The notes below the pieces were generated by a model, which was not told the DNA's origin, did no database searches, and saw nothing but the letters and a program-made list of their open reading frames with translations. A stretch of DNA of 63,831 nucleotides, the filler included, from Lenisia limosa (Eukaryota > Protista > Breviatea), in the NCBI GenBank assembly GCA_001655205.1. It is 15 parts of 15 records of this genome, joined end to end, with 100 filler letters (N's around TTAATTAATTAA, not from the genome) between each part and the next. Parts side by side here need not be neighbours in the genome. Positions count along the whole stretch, not along the records: positions 43,360 to 45,666 come from LPNZ01006659.1; positions 45,767 to 50,206 come from LPNZ01000827.1; positions 50,307 to 53,788 come from LPNZ01005250.1; positions 53,889 to 61,048 come from LPNZ01004782.1; 11 more parts are not named here. One strand, 5' to 3'. A program made the position numbers and the translations under genes. Every line of letters begins with the position of its first letter. Within the stretch, counting starts at the first letter, position 1. Of the stretch, positions 45,406-57,909 are shown piece after piece.

Positions 45406-47030
45406 CTAAATCATAAATACTGATTTCACGCAACAATAATAAAAAGACTTAGGGCTCCCCTACGGTCTGAAAAAGACCGCCAAAATATCGATATTTATCG
45501 AAAAATTATCGGGAAATTCAGTCTTAATAAAACTACATAGGGATGCAAGTCGGGCTTCACTTCGGTTCAAAAAAAGACTAAATTTATTGATAATCCTTGA
45601 ACAGTATCGTTTTTTACCGGTCTTTTTCGCCGAAGCGAAGCCCAAAAATACAACTAGCCAAGCAACNNNNNNNNNNNNNNNNNNNNNNNNNNNNNNNNNN
45701 NNNNNNNNNNTTAATTAATTAANNNNNNNNNNNNNNNNNNNNNNNNNNNNNNNNNNNNNNNNNNNNTGGGTGGTTTATGGTGATTTTGTATGGAAAACTC
45801 AAGCTGTCCGGGAGTTTTGATGTGTCTGGGAATTTTGAATGATGTCCGGAGCTTTGACTATACATATATGATATCTGTTTCACAGTTTTTCCCTCCAGCA
45901 TAGTGTGTAAACATCTTTTGCCCAATGTTACCTTGTATTTGGCAGGGAGCATCCCATTTTCTGGAGACTTCTTCGTAGTAAACAACTAAGCATCAGATTG
46001 GATATGCAGCTGAGAAAACGCTACATTGAGTGTTGTTAAATGGGAAACATATTGGAATTTGTATTATGTAAACGCATTCTTTACAACCTCCTCTTCCCCC
46101 GAGCTATAAAGTATAGAAATGTTAAGTGAAAGGAAAAAGTGTGAAATTCGAAATGAGACATCTCAAAATTGTAAGGAAAACAAACCTATCACCATCATCG
46201 TGAGCACTGTGTAACAAAAAGGATGAAAGAGCGGATAAAACAACAGCATCAGTACTACAGCGAAGTCCTACAATATCATCTTCACTAAAAAAGAGAAGAA
46301 CGATAATTAGCACCAGAAAGGAAATGCTGGACCTGGTCTGGAAAAAGTTTTGGTTGAAAGAAATTCACAACCACAGACCTTTGTATTTTTGGATGAGGAA
46401 CACTTTTCTGTCAAGCATGATATCCAAGGTCTCATCATTTCGAAGACTGACAGGGTCTAAGATGTCATTTTACTTGCTTTTTGCATTTTTCTTGGAGTTT
46501 GCAATTCTGCGCCAGCATGGTCCTGATGAAAAAAATTTTACAGTCAATGGTACAGTGGACAAAAAAAATAACGTCATACAGGCCACACAACATTGTATTT
46601 TCATGGTTAGAATTCAAACCTGACCTACCAGGTTGTTGTGGTAAACTCTTGATTATTTCTGTCTCAATCTAAAAATTCAATATAGCCTATTTTCGGTCCT
46701 GTTGAACTGGGTTTGTCATTAAACTCTCAAAATGGGTAACTGAGTGCATACTCACTATTCTCATAATATACTGTTCAAATAAAGTACCACGTATATCCCC
46801 AAACCTCAAGACCACGCGCAAGGCAACATATCTGCCAAACATGCAAGGAATCTCGCCCAATATGGTTCTGTTCAATATCATCCAGTTCAGCCTACAGCAG
46901 ATGAACTTCATATCTTATCATCATAGCGGATATGGTAAAACATCTCATCATCATAGTAGACATTGTACAATATCATACAATTGACTTCTACAACACTTGC
47001 TTCTATATTTATGTTTCAGATTCAGCTGAA

Positions 47031-47100
47031 CCTTCACCAACCTCAATGAACTTGCTAAGTTGCAGCCTTCACCAACCTCAATGAACAAGCTAAGTTGCAG
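47031..47100 (+). repeat. 35-bp tandem duplication ending in a possible acceptor (ctaagttgcag)
   Basis: ccttcaccaacctcaatgaac(ttg/aag)ctaagttgcag, two copies. Confidence 0.85.
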
Positions 47101-48585
47101 CTTTGTTGGCGGCTTTCTGGAGGACAACAGCTTCTTCTTCATCGACGCCATTAAACCATTTCAATAAGGTGGGATTGAGGGGGGGGGGGATGCAACAGGA
47201 GGAGGTGAAGCGAAACGATACTGCAGATATAAAGATATTTAGCGAGAATAGAGGATGAAAGAGGAAATGATAAAGTGCAGGAAAAGTGTGGAAAGGGTAA
47301 GTTCCCCGGTCCGCATTCCCCTTTTTTTGTGTCAACTTTTTCTTAGTTTTTTAGTTTTAACTTTTTGTGTTTGTGACAAAACAGCTGGAGTGGAGCTCGG
47401 TGTGTGAAAGTCAGATAGAAGAGCACCCAACTTACCCCCCACAACAAGTAGTATGAGAGACACCAAACGTCAAGGAAGTGACGACACTCTCCCCCCAGGA
47501 CAGAAGGCTAAGCATTCCCCACTGCAGGTATCAGGAGTATGGTAGGTATCTCATGCCAAACTAGTAATGTTCAAGAAACAAAAAAGAAGCAGAACATTGC
47601 TAGATTTGTTTCAGAAACCGGCTCATGTTGACAGGGGAGGGAGAAATCTTTGGTTTATTCACATGCCCTAATAAAAAGACCCATTATGAATTCTTATTAT
47701 CCTTTCATATAAATATTTTGATCTGACCGACAGTGCAGACACAATCACCTTTAAATAAGCTTGATTAACCATTTTCCCTTCTCAACGTTCCCACTTCTCA
47801 TGTCCTCTTATGTGAGTAGGAGGATTGCCGAACGGAGTACCAACTAACAGATGAGACGGTTTGCCTGTTCATTACGTTTGAGTTTTTTTTCACCCTTATC
47901 GTTTTTGTTTGTGATCTATTGAGAAATTTAATCCTTTGGAGCCAAAAAAAGTCCTATTGGGTCTGCTTAATTCCTCCTTTAGATAAGCGAGCAGTTGAAG
48001 GAATTGAGAGCTTTAGCAAAAGAAATGGTTACTCTCGGGTTCAACAGAGCCTCAAGTGGTGGGGGGGGCAATAAGGTTCAAGGATTCAAAATTGCTAAGT
48101 AGGTCGAATGAGACCATAATATTATGTTTATAAAAAGATTGATTTGACGAATCGTTTACACATTCTCACACTATAGGCAACGTATCCCTTTGTGTTAGGA
48201 GAGAGGCGAAGTCCTTCATGGTGATCACAGCCTCGGGAACAAGAGGAGATCAAATTAATTCCATCAGTGACCTGACTTGGGTTGGAGGGAAGGGGCTTTA
48301 TGCATTCTGTTCCAGCAAACTTGGCCACATTGGAACCAGCTGACTCAACACTATATACTGAGGAATGCATTGTATGATATGAGGATTTTTCTCTTCAAAT
48401 TATAGTAGGTTCACCCCACCAAACTTATTTTCAACAAATTGGCTTCGTAATGCCCAAGTCCTTTAAAATATTAGTGTAGATCGAAGATTGTTTACCCAGG
48501 AAGAGTGTGAATAAAAAAAATGTACAATTGCTGTGCTTTCTGATTTTAACACCAAACTAGGTTGATTTGCAAAGTGGTGCCCACA

Positions 48586-49690
48586 TTATGGGAGGAAAAG
48601 GCTCTTCGGAAACAGGGTGGGAAATCGGTCTAATCTACCGCCCCAGTTCTTACTGGCAATATTCAACCACATTTGGTCTCGCATCACAGTATCTATTCTA
48701 CCTTTTCCCTGTGTATAAAACTTTGACTTTCCTTTTTAGTCAATCTGTATACTATGTATGGTTGCCATTCTTCGGATTATTTTGTACGTGCATATGGAGT
48801 CTCTTATTCTCATTGTTCACAACCTGACACTCCAAGAATGCACCGACAGGTCTATCTTCATAACGAAAACGTAAGGGGGCAATGTGTCCTATTCACTGCA
48901 ACAAGTGAAATGCATATGGCTCTTTTTGACACAGTAGGCCAACTTTGTGGCCCATAGTCACCCCCCACAAAGCATCGCCCTGACCATCAAACACAAGGAG
49001 TTACTCTATCTCCATGCACACATGGGCCTTTTCGGTTGGTTGGGGCTGGATTCCCTAAATCCAACACAATATTGTTTCTTAGTTCCATCTTTTTTGGAAT
49101 ATGACAGGGGCAAATAAGCAAAAAAAAATGTTTCACCCAGTCCTCGATATAATGTATATTTTCATTATTACTAACTCTATTGTGGATCAAGTGGATCCCT
49201 GATGTTATTACACAACGTGGATGTTATGTAAATAGATAGCATCTAGTGTTGCATTATTCATCATTCACCCCAGGCGGTCAAATTCCCATTGCCCCGTACT
49301 GTCTATTCGGAACTCCGGTGAGAGGGCAATTGCATTGGTGACTTTAAGGAATCAAAGAGTTAAATTATATTGTATATTTATATTCACACAACTGGTTTAT
49401 ACTCCTTTTTCAAAGATTGTTACAAAACCCAAAGTCACGCTTTAGGCCCTAGCAGAGAGCATCAAAGGTTGCAAGCATGGGGTGGGCCAGGTTTCTTTGG
49501 GCTTTTATTGAGAACAAGAATAGAGTAATTTAGTTTAGGGATAGAAGAAAATAGTGAATACTACCATCATATGTTTGCGTTTTGATATCTGACCAACCTT
49601 GTCTGATGATAAGGGCTGGATATTTTGCTCTTGTTTTAAGGAAGACGACAACATCATGTTTTGCGGGTGATGCCTATAGGCGTGCTTGCT
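48586..49690 (-). CDS. C-terminal exons of a hypothetical protein
   Basis: ASPAKHDVVVFLKTRAKYPALIIRQ, GHIAPLRFRYEDRPVGAFLECQVVNNENKRLHMH|GKGRIDTVMRDQMWLNIASKNWGGRLDRFPTLFPKSLFLP*. Confidence 0.45.
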
Positions 49691-50812
49691 GCGGTTCCAC
49701 GGACTGATCACTCATGGGCGGACAGCACAGGAAGCAGTGGACCGTTCTGGTACGTTGTTCGGGGTAACTTATGGCATGATAGTGCCAAATGGTGAATAGG
49801 GATTCGTAGCAGTTCAATCCTGAATAAATGCCATAGCGTACATATCATAGAGTTATGAAGGGTTGCTACTTGAATCTAGAATTACTTATCTATCATCATT
49901 TTATTCCTTGGTGCCTTTTATGATGTGTATGTAGTGTTTCTAGCCCAAGAGTTATTGAGTTTTCAATATAGACCAACTTTTTCGTTGTCATTCATTATCT
50001 TCGTTAACATTGTAGTTGAGGTTGAACACATGTGTAAAATCCAACTTCTCCTCAACTTAGTAGGGGTGGAGGTTTTAATTGGTGGTAGTAGTATGTACAA
50101 TTTTAACCGTTTTAGAATGCTGACTATGACCGGTTCTCTCTAGAAGATGCTGATGTTGAAGAGGTGCGGGGAGGGGGGGGGGTAGCAGGACCAGGATAGA
50201 ACACATNNNNNNNNNNNNNNNNNNNNNNNNNNNNNNNNNNNNNNNNNNNNTTAATTAATTAANNNNNNNNNNNNNNNNNNNNNNNNNNNNNNNNNNNNNN
50301 NNNNNNGAAAGTTCTAGATTTTCCCGGAATTTTCTATAGACTTTTTCAGAATGTTTAAGACTGAAAATTTATCCAAACTGAAGTTAAAACTCAAAAACAA
50401 CTCCCTAATAGAAGGGACATATCTGTGTGGATGTTTTGCAGCCTTTTTCTTGATATATTCACAATACAAACAGACTTGTCCTTGATAATATAATCCTAGG
50501 TATCCACGTTGTGCTTCTCCAATGGTCTTGTTCGCAGCACAAGAATGGATAATAATAAAAACAAGAATGAATGATAATAATAAACAAGAATGGATAATAA
50601 TAATACTAACAACAACAGCAAACACAAAAAAAACAACAATAAAACGAAAAGAACAATAACAACAATAACAACAACATCAAAAACAGCAACAATAACACTT
50701 TTTTCAATCATAAGCAACACAAGCACCAGCACCCACATTAACAGCACAATCTCATCGTCGTCAACATTTAGTAGCACCAAAAAGAGCAGCAGGAGTAAGC
50801 AACGCCGATCAT

Positions 50813-53609
50813 TCACATGGACAAGTATTCCCAACGCAAATGCAAGTAACGCATTTCAAAAGTCACATAGACATACCGACAAGGTTGACTTCTAACAAGG
50901 ACTGAGAAGCTGGAAGATTTTGGGTTACTGAAAAAAATATACTATAACTAATCGGAACACGTGCTCTAAATTTGTTCTAAATCTGAGAGGCTTTGAAATA
51001 CATATATTGTCGACATTTTTGATAGTATTGTCTCCATCCATCTCTCCATTTCTTTAGTCAACCCCAAGTCAACCCGCCCACAGCTAGAACTTGATCTCTT
51101 GCTGATCTCTTAATTTGACATATTAATTCCTCTACTGCTTCTTGACTGCTTCACCACACAACAGTTGCCGTTTGATCATGATCATGTATTTTGCCACAAT
51201 AATAGAAAATCACACATGACACAAAACACCTACATTTCCATAATATAATAACCCCATCTGATTCTAATGAGACAGCTGAAGCGTGTAATTAACTGGAAGC
51301 TTCCTAAACGCATGATTGAAAATGGGACAGGGACTCAAAACCACATTCATTTAAACGAACAAAATAAAATTAACTCATAATCAACAACACCGAAAAGTTT
51401 CAGGTTCAATTCACCTTTGTGTGCTCTATAAATTACTGCATATTGTTACTGTAAACCTGGTCGCTCAAGTTCAATGAGGAACTTGGAAACATAATTCAAT
51501 GAATTTGAAAATTAGAGTAAAAATGTACAAAAGGGAAAGAAACAAACAGAAAGTATTGTTTATAAACCTCCCTTTTTTTTTTGATCCCAAAGCGAAACGC
51601 AAAAATATTAAAAGAGTAACACAAGTCACCACCTACCCATACATACTTTTAAAAGGGCAGCAGGCTTCAATCGAGATTCCCTTTAAACCTTCCCACGCCA
51701 CGGGCCCAATCCGGGTGTTCACCAATTTGAGGAGTTCCTCTAAAAGGTAACAGCTCTCTGACGGGATCCTCCGTGACAATTGCTGGAAATCTAAACGACA
51801 GAAGCAAACGAACAGTCATATCCTTCGTGGAACCTACAAGGGTGAAAACCCGAAAACAGCTCCTCAGAGTTATAGCTAATTCTTTTTCACCAAAAAGTAA
51901 CAATATTTCACTGGATGGTTGATTCAGAAGATTTTACTCTGCCACCCCCTGTATACAACACACACACACAAAAACATACAATTAAAGATAAAATAAAATA
52001 GCATGATTTGAAAAAGTTCACAAAACAGTCAGCATTAGCCAAGACTAACATTTAACGTATGAGAAAAGGCGATTGCTGGTTTCGAATCCATCAAAGAAAA
52101 CCTGAACATGAATCAAGAAGTAAAAAGACATTAACTAGTAACTTAGAAGTAAAATCGGTAAATAAGTAAGTGAGAAGCAAAATTACTAACTACACAAAGA
52201 AGCTTAGAAGCCAAAAAACCGGTTTCAAATATGATACGATAATCCTTAAATCTCACTTTCATTTTGATGTCCTTGCCGAGTAACTTGATAACCTCCTGGG
52301 CATCATTGGTGTACTTAGTACCTGAATGTATGAAAACAACAACATCACCAACAATAATGATGATAATGGTGGTGGGGATGTTATTGTTGCTGTTGATGAT
52401 GATGGTGATGATGATGATGATGATGATGAAGAAGAAGATGATGATGTTGTTATTGTTGATAATGATGATGGAGATGATGATGAAGAAGAAGATGATGATG
52501 ACGATGAACCACAAATGTGGGAGAAATCACCAGATACATGAAATCAAACCTGGTAGCATGAACTGCAAATAGAGACCATCACTGACGCATGTATATTCTA
52601 AAAAGTGAATTCTGTAAAGAGAGGTAATTATAAGTTGGGGGTATGGATATATTTTGGCAAAGTAGCAAACCCATTGATTTGGTGTCGAGGGTAATGTTGA
52701 AAGCACCCAAAGGAAACTCAAGGTTTTGATATTTACTCGATCTAAAAAGTTAAAATGGCGAATTAAATGAGAAGACCAATATGGTGTGAAACAATTCAGA
52801 GAGCATCGTATTAGAAATAACACTAAATTGCCTAACAATAATTATTTACATATTATTATCAAGGGTAGTATAGTACTGGTTCTTATGATCAGCGATGGAA
52901 TCGCCTTCATGTACATGACAATGAATCAGTCTCCAATGTTGTAGTTTTCCGCAGATTTTCGTTGTTTTATTATTCTATTGAATTCAACATTTTAGAATAG
53001 TTTTTCCGAATTTCCTACGTCAATATGAAGCGTGATATCCAGCCTGAATGCCTCTCAAAATGCAAGAAAGGGTGATGAAATTTTGTCCCGTTTTTGACCC
53101 ATTTTGAGGGCGATTCAGAAGTATCTTCAAGAAGTTGTACCAGCTGCCAAGTTAGTTTTGTTTTCTTTCTCCCAGATAAACAAAGGAGAAAGAAAAAGAT
53201 TCCTTTCTTAACACAAAAAAGTATAGAAGAAAAACAAATTAAAAGAACACAGGCAGCACAATATTAGAAAGTAAACTTTCTTTAATGAACAAATACGACT
53301 AAATACCGACAAGAGTTTTTATTTATGTGTGTTGTGCATAATATATTTTTATGGGTATTGTAGAATTATATGTATATAGATATGTATGTATTTTGTATGT
53401 ATGTTGGTATGTATGTTTGTATGTACGTGAATGTATTGCAGTGAACACCAGTGTATATGAGTTTAAGTGAGTGGAGTGTGTCTGTGTGTGTGTGGAAGTC
53501 ACCCAGCTCACATTATTAGACGCCGCCTCATCTCCAAGACTGATGAGATTTCGGAAGCACAATAGAGGAAGTCCTTCGAGAATGTCTTGGCCAAGTATGA
53601 TGTGATAAG
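50813..53609 (-). CDS. Multi-exon hypothetical protein, C-terminal part
   Basis: AYHIILGQDILEGLPLLCFRNLISLGDEAASNN...KYQNLEFPLGAFNITLDTKSM|EYTCVSDGLYLQFMLP|GTKYTNDAQEVIKLLGKDIKMK...QLSRRIPSESCYLLEELLKLVNTRIGPVAWEGLKGISIEACCPFK|KELICQIKRSARDQVLAVG|GSQPCRYVYVTFEMRYLHLRWEYLSM*. Confidence 0.6.
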
Positions 53610-53902
53610 CTGGAATGGATGAGTATACAATGGTATGACGTGGTGTGGTGTGGTGTGATGTGATGCGATATGATGTGTCAGAGTAAACAATAAGAAAATC
53701 AACACCGTTCATGCGTATATTGATTCAATAACACAACATTAAATTATTCATAAATACATACAATACATATAAACACTGTATATCATATNNNNNNNNNNNN
53801 NNNNNNNNNNNNNNNNNNNNNNNNNNNNNNNNTTAATTAATTAANNNNNNNNNNNNNNNNNNNNNNNNNNNNNNNNNNNNNNNNNNNNAATTTCCTGTTT
53901 AG

Positions 53903-55099
53903 AGGCTTCTGACGAGCATGGAGAGGAGTCGCAGGTTCAGTTGGATGTGGACAGGTCAATGTGGAGCTTTCTGAGGGATCGAAAACACACACAGTAGGCG
54001 GGTTTCTCTTTATCCCGATAATACTGTCAGTTTATCCATGTATTATTACAAGTGTTTCACTCCGATCCAGAAAATGACTAAATTACTCGATAAATCCTCG
54101 ATATATTTCGATAATTTACCGATCCTATTCGTGCCTGAGTAATCCCTAATTATTACACCCCCCCCCCCCNNNNNNNNNNNNNNNNNNNNNNNNNNNNNNN
54201 NNNNNNNNNNNNNNNNNNNNNNNNNNNNNNNNNNNNNNNNNNNNNNNNNNNNNNNNNNNNNNNNNNNNNNNNNNNNNNNAATTTCCATGATTTTTTTTTG
54301 CGTCTCGTATCACTTGTTTTAGATTACGAAATGCATTGATAATAAAAAGACATACTACGTGACAGAAGAAACAATACAATTGAACAAATTCACAAAAAAC
54401 GAACAGTTTTTATATCATGTTGCATGCTATATGCGGGGCACGCAGAGAATACACAGAGTTGTAAGGCAAATGATTTGATGAGTTAATATTATGCAATAAT
54501 CCAATTTCTCTGATACTCGTGATGGTGGACGGCTTCGGCTGGAAACAGCCTTTATCATCTCTATGTATAGCTATATATGATAGCATTCTGATGGATCAAT
54601 TGCCTCACCCAGCCAGGGAGCGTTATCGCAATTCACTGTCAAAAGTGATCAATTCCTGTTTAGCCAGATATAAAGACTTTCACTACTACCAGGTCTGAAT
54701 GGGGAGTGTTTGGTTTCCAACATTGTTTTCCTTCTTTTTCTTTTCAAGCATTCTTTTCAATATTCTTTTCAGAGTATTGATGCCATTTTAGGGTCTCAAC
54801 GACATTGCCTCAATTCTGCTGTTAGTTTTGGGCGAAGATGACTCGGAAACTGCCTTAGCCGTTCTCTGTCAGGAGCATATCAAGTGGGATATATGGAGAT
54901 AATGTTGGATTACATTTAAACCGCCCAGAACTTGTCTTTTCACCCCCCTCCCCCAGGACAATATTATTGTATTCTAGTTCAAATAATTGATCTTACACCC
55001 TTAAGACAGATTTAAATAAACCTGGTTCAACTTTAACTGTTCAGATTCAATCTTGATGAGACGATCAAACATAGTGTCGGACTCTTACGCCTAATTAAG
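53903..55099 (+). CDS. TBC1D20: TBC-domain Rab GTPase-activating protein, TBC1D20/Gyp8-like (fragment)
   Basis: EESQVQLDVDR (catalytic IxxDxxR-type motif), RERYRNSLSKVINSCLARYKDFHYYQ|GLNDIASILLLVLGE (YxQG motif; the HYYQG.xDI form is typical of TBC1D20/Gyp8). Confidence 0.8.
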
Positions 55100-55444
55100 G
55101 TTTTCGGGAGGCACATAGAAAGCTGTGTAATTATTATGGTTGTGGGGAAGCACACAGAAAGCTGTGTAATTAAGGTTTCGAAAAGGGCACTAGGTTGTGT
55201 GTGTGTGGGGAGGGGACAAGCAGAAAACTATCAGATCGATGCTGAATGTCGGATGATGTAATGTTATTATTCAGATCAATGTGAGGTGTAGACTGCTTTG
55301 GCCAGAGGCTACAATCAATATATAATGGATACTCCTTTATTATTTCTTAGTTCTATATAATATGAAAGAGTGTTCTTTTAACCCAAATTGTCTTGAACAT
55401 TATATCGATTTTGGAGCATTCAAAAAGACACAAAACAAGGCATC

Positions 55445-55486
<42 letters not shown>

Positions 55487-55913
55487 NNNNNNNNNNNNNN
55501 NNNNNNNNNNNNNNNNNNNNNNNNNNNNNNNNNNNNNNNNNNNNNNNNNNNNNNNNNNNNNNNNNNNNNGCAGTCGTGTTGAGCAGCACTTCAGTTCAAA
55601 AACACACCGATTTTTTTATTAAATCCCAATAATAATAATAATAAAAACGGTATTACGTTTGATTCCATTTGGGAGGATCTTCCCTGTTAATGAAAGAGAA
55701 TCTTAGAAAATCATAGAAGCTGATAAGGACATCATCATACGTACCAAATGTTACCCCATACGCTCAGCGTGAATTATTCCTGCTCCCCCCACGTTCTCTC
55801 TTTTGTTTGTGTTAATCCCTGTTTTATCTTCTTCCCTGTAGTATTAATATGTTGACCATATTCAAATTTCACGAGCTGTGATTCTGCAAAACCCAGATTG
55901 AAGCTTCTCTCAC

Positions 55914-57849
55914 CAGTTTAGATTGAAGACTACATCTTTGCTCTGAGTTGGACTCTGACGTGGTTCAGTCACAACATTGAGGCTCTTGAGGATTGTGCAA
56001 GGGTCTTTGATGTGTTTCTGACTTCGCACCCGCTCTATGTCTTTTATTTCTCTGCTGCAGTTGGGGGGGGGGGGGTTGAAAATAACAAAAAAATAAATAT
56101 CCAAATCAACTCTGTTGGGGCTTGACTATGGTTTTAATTAGACCCTAGTTTTAGGTTCATCGAAACACCAGTCTGTTGGGAGTGTGTTATCGACTCTTTG
56201 TTGTTCCTCTTTCCCTTCTCATTTGTTACAGCTTTTCAACTTTTCAACAAATCTTAAGACTGGTCTTGCTGTTGTTTTTCTCTCTTTTTCACTGACTCTT
56301 TATCTCTTTATCTCATTGTCTCTGTTTTGTTATGTCTTATTTTCTTCACCATCAAGCTCATGATCCTAAATCAAGGAAGCATTCTGAGCAAAGAACCTGA
56401 ATTCTCCCTGCTTCACCAGCATCTCACTCATCTTCCCCAGCGTAAGGTCGCATTTAATAATTTGCAAATGTTCAAGTTCTCACTGTCTCAACTTTTCTTA
56501 ATTCGTTTTTCAATCTACTGTCAATAGTTGTTTTCTATTCTAACCGCCTAGACATTAATATTGAAGAGTGCTTTGTCCTGTCGGAACAGCTGTTTGAACG
56601 ATATCCCCCTCGATCACTTTTGAAGAAACTTCCAGAAGAAATGTAGGCAAACGATAGCATCCACCGGTTCATTTTGTATGATCCTAAGGTGGTCGTAAAT
56701 ATAGGTGGACCAACAAAACCGCGCCCACTAACAAAACCGCGCCCACTAACATAACCGCGCCCACTAACATAACCGCGCCCACTTTTTGAAAAACTATGTT
56801 TCTTTGGACAAAAAGTTTCGCTTAAACGCCTTTATACAAAGCATAATCAGTTGAANNNNNNNNNNNNNNNNNNNNNNNNNNNNNNNNNNNNNNNNAAGTG
56901 ATCAAAGAAGCAAGCAGGTAATAGACCAATTCCACCACTCCCGACTTTGAATACGCTTGAAAGAAAAATCTAAGCGAGATCGAGTGTACATAAAAGAGAA
57001 AAGTTCGGTTCAGTTCAGTTCAGTGAATTTGTTGGATTATTTTGTCCTCAGATAATTTTCTACAAAACAACCTTTGATTGAATAAAAATGGACAATTATA
57101 GAGAGATATCGCTGTTTTAAGGGAAAATAATTCAAAAAGAAGGGCCGATGTTCACGGTCAGGTTAGTGTTCACGGTCAGGTGACGTGCCTTATATATATA
57201 TTATTGGATTAATGCAACAAAAGACAAACGCACAGTCGAATTAGTAATCCTCATCGGTCTACGGATTCTTGGCAACATTGAGCCATCAAGCTCAAGTCTG
57301 GCCTCTGAAATACTGACAGGGGTAGTGTTACTGTGCTAATAGGGATAGACAAACAGGTGACTGACGAGGGATCGGATCAGGCATTGATACTCTCAGGAAC
57401 TGTCTCATATTGTTCAACATGACTGGTAACCAAGGATAGGACTGAAGCTCAAGGATGAGGCCAAAGAGAAGGGGGCTGTGAGTCTAAAAAAAGTTAATAC
57501 AAATATGAAAGGGAAGGAATTTATTTTTCAAATGTTTTTGAAAAACCATCATCACCCCCATTACTCATTACTGTACGATATCCACACTTTCATGGAAACT
57601 GAATAGTTAAATGAACAAAAAGAAAGAAGTATAACCCTTACGACGTGAGGTGCAAGGTCGGGATTGTAGTCCTTTCGGTTCCACGATTTCCAAGTGACAG
57701 CCATGACCTCCTCAACCACGCACCACTGTAGCTTCACATAATACATCAATAACCGTTGTAGGGGGCAGGTACTACTTCGGAGGGGGCAGCCATGAGCTGA
57801 GGATGAGAATTACAACACAGAATAGAGGTAATCTAGTAAAAGGGGGCAT
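55914..57849 (-). CDS. Probable multi-exon gene with an N-terminal hydrophobic segment; exon chain not resolved
   Basis: MPPFTRLPLFCVVILILSSWLPL... at 57849; exon REIKDIERVRSQKHIKDPCTILKSLNVVTEPRQSPTQSKDVVFNLNW behind a family A acceptor at 56055. Confidence 0.3.
56712..56783. repeat. Tandem repeat, 18-bp unit aaca(a/t)aaccgcgcccact x4; related inverted unit at 62466-62502
   Basis: Read directly from the sequence. Confidence 0.9.
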
Positions 57850-57909
57850 ACTGTGGTGGGCTCGGGTATCACAGTCAGCTCGTGCTGGATGGGATACCGC
57901 TCCTTCAGG

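Noticed and set aside
45767-48370. Several candidate exons on both strands (e.g. ISEQLKELRALAKEMVTLGFNRAS, DPVSLRNDETLDIMLDRK)
   Set aside because: Could not be chained into a consistent gene model or matched to a family.
50640-50895. Plus frame reading as polyQ if TAA/TAG encoded Gln (alternative genetic code)
   Set aside because: PMM ends at TAA at the expected position, no conserved exon contains an in-frame TAR, and this tract lies at or beyond the 3' end of a minus-strand gene (a CAA/TAA microsatellite).
52070-52100. ggtttcgaatcc as a tRNA T-loop
   Set aside because: No cloverleaf or acceptor stem around it; no tRNA or rRNA was recognised anywhere in the window.
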